Below, one piece after another: positions 1 through 8,600 of a stretch of 32,000 bases of DNA (within the stretch, counting starts at the first letter, position 1; each line of letters begins with the position of its first letter). The translations under genes and the position numbers were made by a program. The stretch is from assembly GCF_001644705.1 (NCBI RefSeq), contig NZ_CP015137.1:420001-452000 (forward strand), written 5' to 3'. The notes beneath the pieces were generated by a model, which was not told the DNA's origin, ran no database searches, and was given only the letters and a program-made list of their open reading frames with translations. This DNA is from Dickeya solani IPO 2222. Its GTDB lineage: Bacteria > Pseudomonadota > Gammaproteobacteria > Enterobacterales > Enterobacteriaceae.

Positions 1-754
1 CGCTCGGCAGCACCGCCGGCAGCAGGATCTTCCGCATGATGGTGAATTCGGACAGCTTCAGCACCCGCGCCACATTGAGGTAATCCTGCGGAATCTGGCG
101 CACCCCTTCGGCGGTATTGAGGATCATCGGCCAGATGGAGCAGATAAAAATGGTCCAGTTGGAAGCCGGCTCGGCGCGCTGGAACAGCAGCAGGCCGATG
201 GGCAGCCACGCCAGCGGGCTGACCGGACGCAACAGCGAAATAATCGGGTTGAACATCGCCGCCATAAACCGGAAGCGGCCAATCAGGAAACCGGCGGGAA
301 TCCCCACCAGCGCCGCCAGCCCGAAACCGATGCCGACGCGTTCCAGCGACGCCAGCACGTTCCAGCCGATGCCCTGATCGTTAGGACCGGCCACGTAAAA
401 GGGGTCGGCAAAAATGCTCTGCGCCGCCAGCCAGGTCTGCCACGGCGTCGGGAAACCTTTACTGCTCAGCGCCGCCACCTGCCAGACCGCCAGCAGCAGA
501 ATCATGCCGACGCCGCCCGGCAACAGCCGGGACAGCCACTGGCTCAGGCGCGGCCGCCAGACGGCGCGCGACGATGTGACAGTCGGCGCTGGCGCAGCCA
601 CGCCGGCGATTTCAGGTAAGGCGACAACAGTCGCGTCGGTCGCAACAGCGCGATGGTCGGGCGTATCAGTATGGTAGTCCGGTGTATCAGTATGGTAGTC
701 CGGCGTATCAGTCGACTCCGGCACGATCGAAAGAATTTGGGCTTGCGTTTTCAT
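1..754 (-). CDS. nasE: Nitrate/nitrite ABC transporter permease (NtrB/NasE family); 5' part only, gene runs off the left edge
   Basis: My own minus-strand translation from the ATG at 754-752 gives MKTQAQILSIVPESTDTPDYHTDTPDYHTDTPDHR...LLLAVWQVAALSSKGFPTPWQTW...LERVGIGFGLAALVGIPAGFLIGRF...VSPLAWLPIGLLLF...ICSIWPMILNTAEGVRQIPQDY. This is typical of ABC permeases of the nitrate/sulfonate/taurine class. It is absent from the ORF track because there is no stop in the window. It starts 12 nt after the nasF stop. Confidence 0.85.
   Translation of the reverse strand, partial: MKTQAQILSIVPESTDTPDYHTDTPDYHTDTPDHRAVATDATVVALPEIAGVAAPAPTVTSSRAVWRPRLSQWLSRLLPGGVGMILLLAVWQVAALSSKGFPTPWQTWLAAQSIFADPFYVAGPNDQGIGWNVLASLERVGIGFGLAALVGIPAGFLIGRFRFMAAMFNPIISLLRPVSPLAWLPIGLLLFQRAEPASNWTIFICSIWPMILNTAEGVRQIPQDYLNVARVLKLSEFTIMRKILLPAVLPS
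650..715 (-). repeat. In-frame 21-bp tandem repeat, about 2.9 units, inside the nasE N-terminal extension
   Basis: The plus strand reads cgtatcagtatggtagtccgg / tgtatcagtatggtagtccgg / cgtatcagtcgactccgg. It encodes TDTPDYH-TDTPDYH-TDTPDH upstream of the first transmembrane segment. Confidence 0.9.
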
Positions 755-766
755 GGGCGCTCTCCG

Positions 767-2044
767 TTACTTTTTCACGCTGAAGCTGTTGGCATAACCG
801 ACCGGATCGCTGCCGTCCCAACGCTTGCCGTCAATCAATACGCTGCTGCGCATCTCGCCGGACGGCAGCGGCACGTTGCCGACCGCGCTGGCCGCCTGTT
901 TGTAGATATCGATGCGGTTGACCTGGCGGGCCACCGCCTGATAGTCCGGCTCCTGCGCCAGCAGACCCCAGCGTTTGTGCTGGGTGAGGAACCACATCCC
1001 GTCCGACAGGTACGGAAAGTTCACTTCGCCGTCGTGGTAGAAGCGCATGGCGTGCGCGTCCTGCCAGCGCTTGCCCGCGCCGTTGTCGTACTGCCCCAGC
1101 ATACGCCCGACAATCGTCTCCTCCTGGGTGTTGACGTATGCGCGCCCGGCGATGACACGGGCGGTTTCGCGCCGGTTGTCGTCCGAGCTGTCGATCCAGC
1201 GCGAAGCGTCCAGCACCGCCGCCGTCAGCGCGCGGGCGGTATTGGGGTTAGCGTTAACCCATTCGGCGGTGGTGCCGAGGACCTTCTCCGGATGATCCGG
1301 CCAGATATCCTGCGACGTGGCGGCGGTAAAACCGAGACCGTCGGTAATGGCGCGCTGGTTCCAGGGCTCGCCGACGCAGAAACCGCTCATGTTGCCGATC
1401 TTCATGTTCACCACCATCTGCGGCGGCGGCACCACGACGGTGCGCACATCGTCAAACGGATTGATGCCGGCCGCGCCCAGCCAGTAATAGAGCCACATGG
1501 CGTGAGTACCGGTGGGAAACGTCTGGGCGAAGGTGTAAGTCCCCGCCGGACTGGCCGCAATAAACCGCTTCAGGCTGGCGGCATCGGTCACGCCTGCTTC
1601 GCGCAGCTTATTGGACAGAGTGATCGCCTGACCGTTGTTGTTGAGGGTCATCAGCGCCGCCATATTGTGCTGCGGCCCCGACGCGCCGGCTTGCAAGCCA
1701 TAAAGCAGCCCGTAGAGCACGTGGGCCGCGTCCAGTTCGCCGGACACCAGTTTGTCGCGCACCGCGGCCCAACTCGCTTCCTTACTCGGCACGATGGTGA
1801 TGCCGTATTTCTTGTCAAAGCCTTTTACCGATGCCATCACCACCGATGCGCAGTCGGTCAGCGGAATAAAGCCGATGCGCACCTCTTTTTTCTCGGGGGC
1901 ATCGGAACCGGCCGCCCAGGCGCGATTCATTATTCCCGGCAGCAGCATGGCGCCGCCCAGTGCGGCGCTCCCCACCAAAAACTGGCGACGGGAAAACACG
2001 TTTGTTTGGTTATCGGTTTTTTTATCGGTTGTGGAATCACTCAT
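767..2044 (-). CDS. nasF: Nitrate/nitrite ABC transporter periplasmic substrate-binding protein (NasF/NrtA family) with a Tat signal
   Basis: ORF 767..2140, trimmed to Met33 (cat at 2042-2044, GAGGTG Shine-Dalgarno upstream). N-terminus is MSDSTTDKKTDNQTNVFSRRQFLVGSAALGG, with a twin-arginine motif, then EVRIGFIPLTDCASVVMA, as in NrtA/NasF. It lies between nasR and a permease gene, as in the Klebsiella nasR-nasFED layout. Confidence 0.9.
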   Translation of the reverse strand: MSDSTTDKKTDNQTNVFSRRQFLVGSAALGGAMLLPGIMNRAWAAGSDAPEKKEVRIGFIPLTDCASVVMASVKGFDKKYGITIVPSKEASWAAVRDKLVSGELDAAHVLYGLLYGLQAGASGPQHNMAALMTLNNNGQAITLSNKLREAGVTDAASLKRFIAASPAGTYTFAQTFPTGTHAMWLYYWLGAAGINPFDDVRTVVVPPPQMVVNMKIGNMSGFCVGEPWNQRAITDGLGFTAATSQDIWPDHPEKVLGTTAEWVNANPNTARALTAAVLDASRWIDSSDDNRRETARVIAGRAYVNTQEETIVGRMLGQYDNGAGKRWQDAHAMRFYHDGEVNFPYLSDGMWFLTQHKRWGLLAQEPDYQAVARQVNRIDIYKQAASAVGNVPLPSGEMRSSVLIDGKRWDGSDPVGYANSFSVKK

Positions 2045-2077
2045 CAACGACACCTCGGCAACCCGCCGTTTCGGCGG

Positions 2078-2131
2078 CAAAAACAAAAAGGCGTCCATAA
2101 GCCATGCGAAAATCGCACGCTTATGGACGCC
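2078..2131 (-). terminator. Intrinsic terminator in the nasF leader, the probable NasR antitermination target
   Basis: Perfect 13-bp stem: ggcgtccataagc (2090-2102) pairs with gcttatggacgcc (2119-2131). On the minus strand it is followed by TTTTTGTTTTT (2089-2079). It ends about 35 nt before the nasF ATG and lies downstream of the sigma54 promoter at 2199-2214. Confidence 0.8.
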
Positions 2132-2198
2132 TTTGCCCAACGCTTTGCCGCACCGCCATTGGCACGGAAAAGTCGCAGTGAATTGTTACCGGAGATGA

Positions 2199-2214
2199 AG
2201 CAAGGTGTGTGCCA
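2199..2214 (-). promoter_or_regulatory. Sigma54 (-24/-12) promoter for nasF
   Basis: The minus strand reads TGGCAC-ACACC-TTGCT, matching the TGGCAC-N5-TTGCW consensus with correct GG-N10-GC spacing. It sits about 155 nt upstream of the nasF ATG and upstream of the leader terminator. Confidence 0.8.
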
Positions 2215-2515
2215 ACCTGTCAGATATCCCTGTAGCCTGACAGCGCATTGAGTAAACCGTCCATGCCGCGCCGGATAACCGACGTGTCCCCATAGGGCTA
2301 TTCTGCTCGCCGGAGGCGCAGCAAATATTGAGCTGGATCAATTCAGCCGGGATATCCAACAGATTGTAAAAACGGCCGGTCACTCATGCGCGACCCGGTA
2401 AAACGAGGGGAAAAACCGCCGCAGCTGCACCGTTATCTGGCAAATCACGCACGCTTTATGTGCATTCAGCGCGTGTGTATAACAGGTCACCACACTGTGC
2501 AGAGCGACGCCGCCG

Positions 2516-3802
2516 TCAGGGCGTATTCTGAAAAACATCCGCCACCGCCAGCATGGCATTGGCAATCTCGATCAGTTTCTTGTTCTGGTTCATCGCCATG
2601 CGGCGCAGGGTTTTATAAGCCTCGTCTTCGCTTAAGCCCCGGTGCTGCATCAGCAACCCCTTGGCCCGATCGATTTGGCGGCGCTCATCCAGCGTCGCAC
2701 GCATCGCCGCCAGTTCATGATCCAGCGCCTGCAGACGCCGCGCTTGCTGTTGCACCAGCGACAGCAACGAACGCCCCAGTTGCGGGCGCACGCCATCGCT
2801 GTCGAGCCAGCCGCCTTGCCCGGTCGTGCTCTGTTCCATCTCAGAATGGGCGATAAACACCGAATAGCTATGGTCTTCACCCTGCTGCGCCATCAGGCTG
2901 GCGACATCCGCCTGCTGGTCGAGACAAGCCTGTTCGGCGGCGGCGATACGGTCGCGACACAGCTGCATTAGCGTCTGCGCCAGCCGATCCTCAATCTGTT
3001 TCATGGCGTCGATGCGCGCCGTCGCCAGCGCGAACCATTGCAGACCGCCTTCCAGCGGCAGGTTGTCCGGCACGCGGGTGCAGGCCACGCGGCGCAACCG
3101 TTCAAATTCCCGGTCGGTCGCCAGCGATTGCCAGCGCTCGCGGCTGGCGTCATCGGCAAAATTAGCGAAAGTGTCGAAGCAACGCTCCTGGCGGTCGATC
3201 AAATCCAGCAGCGTTTGTTGGATGCTGACAGGGAATTCGCCGGCGGCAAACGCGGCAGCGCCGACCGCGCGCTCCTGACCGGCCAGCTCCTTGCCCTGCA
3301 TAAAGCTGAACATCGCTACCAGCGCGCGGGCGATCACCGGTTCCGCCGCGGTGTCCGATACCTCGAACACCAGCGTCAGCAGATGGCGGATAATATCGTT
3401 AAACACCGTCATGCCATCCGACTGCGCCAACGCGCGCTGACGCACCTGCTGGCGCAGCGACGGCAGCAACCCCAGGGTGTAAACCACGCTGGCGGCGCGG
3501 CTGAACAGCCGGCTGGCCTGCGGCAACGACCCGGCACGCTGCACCAGTTGGTCCAGTTGCTCCATAAACTGCGACTCGGCCTGTTGCACATCCTGTTCGC
3601 GCTGCGGCAATTCCTCCGCGCACAGTCGCCCGTCCGAACACAAAAACAGATTCGAAGTGCCGCGCTCCCGCTGCAACATGTGCACCAGTTGGCTGATGCG
3701 CCCCACCAGCTCGCCGCTTTGCAGCAGCCCGCGCAGGCTGTTTAGTTCACACTGGCGCGAAGCCATCAGAAAACGAATTGTCGTTGAAGGGTCCGCTATC
3801 AT
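2516..3802 (-). CDS. nasR: Nitrate/nitrite-responsive transcription antiterminator NasR (NIT sensor plus ANTAR RNA-binding domain)
   Basis: ORF 2516..3874, trimmed to Met25 (cat at 3800-3802, GGAGAG Shine-Dalgarno upstream). The C-terminus ATLDERRQIDRAKGLLMQHRGLSEDEAYKTLRRMAMNQNKKLIEIANAML is a canonical ANTAR domain. The N-terminal two-thirds are NIT-like. The gene is directly upstream of nasF. Confidence 0.9.
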   Translation of the reverse strand: MIADPSTTIRFLMASRQCELNSLRGLLQSGELVGRISQLVHMLQRERGTSNLFLCSDGRLCAEELPQREQDVQQAESQFMEQLDQLVQRAGSLPQASRLFSRAASVVYTLGLLPSLRQQVRQRALAQSDGMTVFNDIIRHLLTLVFEVSDTAAEPVIARALVAMFSFMQGKELAGQERAVGAAAFAAGEFPVSIQQTLLDLIDRQERCFDTFANFADDASRERWQSLATDREFERLRRVACTRVPDNLPLEGGLQWFALATARIDAMKQIEDRLAQTLMQLCRDRIAAAEQACLDQQADVASLMAQQGEDHSYSVFIAHSEMEQSTTGQGGWLDSDGVRPQLGRSLLSLVQQQARRLQALDHELAAMRATLDERRQIDRAKGLLMQHRGLSEDEAYKTLRRMAMNQNKKLIEIANAMLAVADVFQNTP

Positions 3803-3868
3803 TCTCTCTTCTCTCCACACGGCATGTGATACGACCATGCCGTCATACAACCATGAAGGGTATTCTCC

Positions 3869-3885
3869 ATGCAAAACCCTTGCCT
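3869..3885 (-). promoter_or_regulatory. Candidate sigma54 promoter for nasR
   Basis: The minus strand reads AGGCAA-GGGTT-TTGCAT with GG-N10-GC spacing preserved and two mismatches to TGGCAC-N5-TTGCA. It is about 67 nt upstream of the nasR ATG. An 8-bp hairpin (3819-3826 pairing with 3836-3843) lies between it and the Shine-Dalgarno. Confidence 0.55.
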
Positions 3886-4030
3886 TATTAGGCTATGCCC
3901 TGACAAACATAGACCATTTTAGCATAGTGAAGAGAGACTTCCCTGAACGGGTTCAGCCTCAGCAGGCACCGGACCTGAAAATGAGTTAGCCGGGTGATAA
4001 CGCGTAAGCCGTCTGGCGTGGTGGGTCGAA

Positions 4031-4169
4031 TGGGGTGGATAAAATTCGAGTTACAGGACAACTCGCTGGCGTGTTGAACAACGCAACACGTTGGCCTTTC
4101 AGGGCGAGGCCCATGGATGGGCCGGGTAATAAAGCCAACACCCCTGCAACTTGAATGATGAGGGATATA
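4031..4169. repeat. ERIC/IRU-like imperfect-palindrome intergenic repeat, long variant
   Basis: The ends ...ataaaattcgagttacagg and ctgcaacttgaatgatgagggatata resemble remembered ERIC termini (CAACTCGAATTATTTAGGGTATA and TATACCCGTCATACTTCAAGTTGCA). The element aligns in reverse complement to 21076-21165. It carries an extra central hairpin block of about 45 nt (4093-4136, ggcccatggatgggcc). Confidence 0.7.
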
Positions 4170-4175
4170 TCGACC

Positions 4176-4210
4176 TGATAAAATCAGGGCGGATACTGAT
4201 ATCCGCCCTG
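4176..4210 (-). terminator. Rho-independent terminator of the RND efflux operon
   Basis: Perfect 11-bp stem: cagggcggata (4185-4195) pairs with tatccgccctg (4200-4210), with a 4-nt loop. ATTTTAT follows on the minus strand. It begins 11 nt after the outer-membrane-factor gene stop. Confidence 0.8.
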
Positions 4211-4220
4211 ACAGGATAAA

Positions 4221-5618
4221 TTATTTCACCCCGCCGCCCAATACATTATACAGCGTAATCAGGTTATCCAGCCGCGACTGCTCCAGACTGAGTAACGTCT
4301 GACGGGCGCTGTACAGCGTGCGCTGGGCATCCAGCACATTGAGATAGGTATCGACCCCGGCGCGATAGCGGTTGTTGGCCAATTGATAACTGCGTTCGGC
4401 AGCGGTCACGTAGTCACGTTGCGCCGCCTGTTGCTCATCAATCGTCCCCTTACGCGCCAGCGCGTCGGCCACTTCGCGAAACGCGGTCTGCAACGTTTTC
4501 TCATAACTGGCGACATAGCCCTGCTTCTCCGCTTCGGCATAGCGCAGCGCCGACAGGTTAGCGCCGCCGTCAAAGATCGGCAGGCTGACGGACGGCGCCA
4601 GCGACCAGACGTGCGCGCCGCCGCTGAACAGCGATGATAATGCCTCGCTGCTCAGACCGTTACTGGCGGTCAGGGTAATACTGGGGAAGAACGCCGCCCG
4701 CGCCGCGCCGATATTGGCGTTAGCCGATTTCAGGGTATGTTCCGCCGCCTGCACATCCGGGCGGCGCAACAGCGCGGCGGACGAAATGCCGGCCGCCACC
4801 GGTTTCACCGCCGGCGCCAGCGACGCCACATCTGCGGGCAACAGCGCCTCCGGCACCGACCGCCCGGCCAGCAGGTCCAGCGCATTCTTATTCTGCGCGT
4901 CGGTAGTCAGCGCGCTGGCGACGTCCGCCCGCGCCTGCTGGTAGACGGTTTCCGACTGCGCCACATCCACCGCCGACGCCACGCCGTTACGCAACCGGCT
5001 GCGGGTTACCGCCAGCGACTGCCCGGCGCTCTCCATCGTCTGCCGCGCCAGCGCCAGATTGCTGCGAGCGGTCGCCAACGCCACCCAGGCGGTGGACGTA
5101 TCGGCAATCAGCGTCAACCGGGTACTGGTGGCGGTGGCGGCGCTGGACAGATACGCCTCCCGCGCCGCGCCGGTCAGGCTGCGGTTTTTGCCAAACAGAT
5201 CCAGCGTAAAGGCGCTGGTGGACAGATTGGCGCCGTAGCTGCTGCTCAACACCGTCCCGTTGCCGCTGCTGCTTAACGAACGGCTGCGATCGCCGTCCAT
5301 CCCGGCGTTGATGGTCGGCAACAGCGCCGCCCGTTTTTCGCCAAGCTGCGCGCGCGCCGCTTCCACATCAGCAATCGCTTTGCGCAGGTCCCGGTTATCC
5401 GACAACGCCATGTCGACCACCTGACGCAGACGATCGTCCACCAGCACCTCGCGCCACGGAATATCATCCGCCGGCTGGCGAGTCGTCGCCGTCGCCTGAT
5501 AAGCCGCCCCTTGCGGCCAGGCGTCAGGCACCGGCGCGGACGGCTGCTGATAGTGCGGATCCAGCGAACAGCCGGATAACAGCATGGCGCCGGTCAGTAC
5601 AGTCATGATAACGCGCAT
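4221..5618 (-). CDS. RND efflux system outer-membrane lipoprotein (NodT/OprM family)
   Basis: 465-aa ORF. Lipobox MLLSGC followed by SLDPHYQQP, the typical NodT N-terminus. TolC-like repeat composition. The start overlaps the pump gene stop (ATGA at 5616-5620). Confidence 0.9.
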   Translation of the reverse strand: MRVIMTVLTGAMLLSGCSLDPHYQQPSAPVPDAWPQGAAYQATATTRQPADDIPWREVLVDDRLRQVVDMALSDNRDLRKAIADVEAARAQLGEKRAALLPTINAGMDGDRSRSLSSSGNGTVLSSSYGANLSTSAFTLDLFGKNRSLTGAAREAYLSSAATATSTRLTLIADTSTAWVALATARSNLALARQTMESAGQSLAVTRSRLRNGVASAVDVAQSETVYQQARADVASALTTDAQNKNALDLLAGRSVPEALLPADVASLAPAVKPVAAGISSAALLRRPDVQAAEHTLKSANANIGAARAAFFPSITLTASNGLSSEALSSLFSGGAHVWSLAPSVSLPIFDGGANLSALRYAEAEKQGYVASYEKTLQTAFREVADALARKGTIDEQQAAQRDYVTAAERSYQLANNRYRAGVDTYLNVLDAQRTLYSARQTLLSLEQSRLDNLITLYNVLGGGVK

Positions 5619-8600
5619 CAGTTTTCTCCCTGCGTAGGCGTAGGCATCGAGGTTGATGACGATGTTGGCGTGTGACGACCGGGGAATACTCGCCTGACCA
5701 GCACAAAGAACATCGGCACCAGAAAAATCGCCAGCACGGTGGCGGTCAGCGTACCGCCGACAATACCGCTGCCGATGGAGATACGGCTGTTGGCGCCGGC
5801 ACCGGTCGCCACCGCCAGCGGGAATACCCCGGCGATAAACGCCATCGACGTCATCAACACCGGCCGCAGACGGGTGCGCGCGCCTTCCAGCGCCGCTTCA
5901 TACAGCGTGGCGCCCCGCCGGTAAGCGGCTTCGGCGAATTCCACGATCAGAATGGCGTTTTTGGCCGACAGGCCGATGGTGGTGAGCAATGCCACCTGGA
6001 AATAGACGTCGTTTTCCAGCCCGCGCAATGTGGCGGCCAGCACCGCGCCCACCACACCGAGCGGGATCACCATCATCACCGAGAAGGGGATGCTCCAGCT
6101 TTCATACAGCGCCGCCAGACACAAAAACACCACCAGAATCGACATGGCGTAGAGCGATATCGCCTGCCCGCTGGCCAACCGCTCCTGATAGGAGAGCTCG
6201 CTCCAGGCAAAGGTGGTGCCGGCCGGCAACGCGCGCGCCAGCGCTTCCATTTCATCCATCGCTTTGCCGGAGCTGACACCAGTGGCGCCGGCGCCCTGAA
6301 TTTCGTAGGACGCCAGCCCGTTGTAACGCGACAGACTTTCCGGGCCGTAGCTCCAGCGGGTGGCGGCAAAGGCGGAGAACGGCGTCATCACGCTGTTGCC
6401 GCTGCTGTCGGTGCCGCGCACAAACCACTTGTCGAGATCCGACGGCTGGCCGCGCGAACCGGCGTCGCCCTGGATATAAACTTTCTTCACCCGGCCGCGA
6501 TCGATGAAATCGTTGACGTAGGTGCCGCCCCAGGCGCTGCTCAGCGTGCTGGTGACATCGCTGATCGACAGCCCCAGCGCCCGTACTTTGGCGTAGTCGA
6601 GATCCACCTGTAACTGCGGCATCTGCACCAGATCGTTGGGCCGCACCGCCGTCAGCCGCGGATTTTTCGCCGCCTCCGCCAGCAGTTGATCGCGCAACTC
6701 CAGCAAACGACTGCGATCGGTATTGCCGGTGGCCTGCAGTTCAAAGGTAAAACCGTCAGACTGGCCCAGCCCCTGCACCGCCGGCGGCGACATGGTGAAC
6801 ACCTGAGCGTCACGAATGGCGGACAGCGCTTGCATGGCGCGGTGGGCGATAGCGGTGGAGCTGTTTGCGCTGCCGGGGCGCTGGCTCCAGTTCTTCAGCG
6901 CCACGAACGCCATCCCGGCATTCTGACCGCTGCCGCTGAAGTTGAAGCCGGAAATCACGAAAATCGCCTCAACATTGTCTTTCTCTTCGCTGAGAAAATA
7001 GTGCTCGATACGCTCCCCCACCTTGCTGGTGCGGGTTTCGGTGGCGCCGGCCGGCAGGGTAAACTGCACCATCACGTCGCCCTGATCTTCATTAGGCAGA
7101 AAGCCGCCCGGTAGCCGCAGGAACAGCACGCCCATCACCACAATCAACAATCCGTACAGCGCCAGATAACGCCACGGGCCGGTGATGACGTGCGCCACCC
7201 GCCCGGTATAGCGCTGCTGTACGTTTTCATAGCCCCGGTTGAAGCGGGCAAAGAAGCCGTTACCGTTCGACGGCGCATGCGCCACCGGCTTCAACAGCGC
7301 CGCGCACAACGCCGGCGTCAGCGTCAACGCCACCACCACCGACAGCAGCATAGAAGACACGATGGTGATGGAGAACTGCCGGTAGATCACCCCGGTCGAT
7401 CCGCCAAAGAACGCCATCGGCAGGAACACCGCGCTCAGCACCAACGCCACGCCCACCAGCGCGCTGGAAATCTCGCGCATCGACTGTTCCGTGGCCGCCA
7501 CCGGCGACAACCCCTGATCGCGCATCAACCGCTCGACGTTTTCCACCACCACGATGGCGTCATCCACCAGCAGGCCGATCGCCAGCACCATGCCGAACAG
7601 CGTCAGGGTATTGATGGAGTACCCGAACACCGCCAGCACGCCGAAGGCGCCCAGCAATACCACCGGTACCGCCACCGCCGGGATCAGCGTGGCGCGCAGG
7701 TTCTGCAGGAACAGAAACATCACCAGCACCACCAGTACGATGGCCTCAAACAGGGTCTGTACCACTTCCTCCACCGACACCTTGATAAAGTCGGTGCTGT
7801 CTTTCGGGTAGGCCACTTCGTAGCCTTGCGCCATCTGCGGGGTGAACTCCGCCACTTTGGCCTTCACCCGCTCCGCGGTCGCCAGCGCATTGGCGCCGGA
7901 CGACAGCATCACCGCAATACCGGCGGCAGGGTGACCGTTCAGTCGGGTCGTGGTGGTGTAATCCTCGTTGCCCAGTTCGACCCGCGCTACGTCGCCAAGA
8001 CGCACCAGCGCACCGCTGGACTCACTTTTGACGATGATGTCGCGGAACTGCGCCGGGGTTTTCAGCCGCGATTGCGCGGTGACGGTGGCGGTCAGTTGCT
8101 GATCGCTGCTGGCGGGCTGCGCGCCGATTTTCCCGGCCGACACCTGGGTGTTTTGCGCTTCGACCGCGGAGGAAATATCGGACGGCATCAGGCTGTAAGC
8201 CGCCAGTTTGGTCGGGTCCATCCAGATACGCATCGCGTACTGAGAACCGAACACCTGTACGCTGCCGACGCCCTCGACCCGCGAGAGCGGGTCCTGCAGG
8301 TTGCTGACCATGTAGTCGGCGATATCGGCGGCGGTGCTTTTATCGGTGGTGTCGTACAGCGCCATAATCAGCAAGAAATCCTGCTGGGACTTGGTCACCG
8401 TGATGCCTTGCTGCTGCACCTCCGTGGGCAGGCGGCTGGTGGCCTGTTGCACCTTATTCTGCACCTGTACCTGCGCGGTATCCGGGTTGGTGCCCTGCGT
8501 AAACGTGGCGGTGATGCGCACATCGCCGCTCGAATCGCTGGATGAAGAAAAATAGAGTAACCCGTCCAGTCCGGTGAGCTGCTGCTCAATTACCTGGGTA

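Noticed and set aside
2158-2176. TGGCACGGAAAAGTCGCA on the plus strand looks like a sigma54 -24 box
   Set aside because: The GG-to-GC spacing is wrong (12 rather than 10). It points away from any plus-strand gene. It lies inside the nasF leader, where it more plausibly forms part of the leader hairpin.
653-2251. 532-aa plus-strand ORF, with similar long plus-strand ORFs at 5672-6613, 7190-8545, 17967-19865, 25299-26927 and 28730-29476
   Set aside because: All lie antisense inside genes with strong, colinear homology to well-known proteins (NasF, the RND pump, FdoG, HypF, HypD). Their translations are Arg/His/Gly/Gln-rich low-complexity strings with no recognisable motifs and no Shine-Dalgarno. 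These are typical shadow ORFs of high-GC DNA.
2425-2503. Possible NtrC enhancer sites (TGCACCgttatcTGGCAA; gTCACCacacTGTGCA)
   Set aside because: Each has only one good half-site or a spacing off by one relative to TGCAC-N7-GTGCA. This is too weak to list as a feature without a matrix score.
4021-4038. gtgggtcgaatggggtgg resembles a tRNA T-loop (GGTTCGAATCC), which could mark a tRNA-derived att remnant
   Set aside because: The flanking bases cannot form a T-stem, there is no acceptor or CCA context, and the sequence lies at the diverged end of the ERIC-like element.
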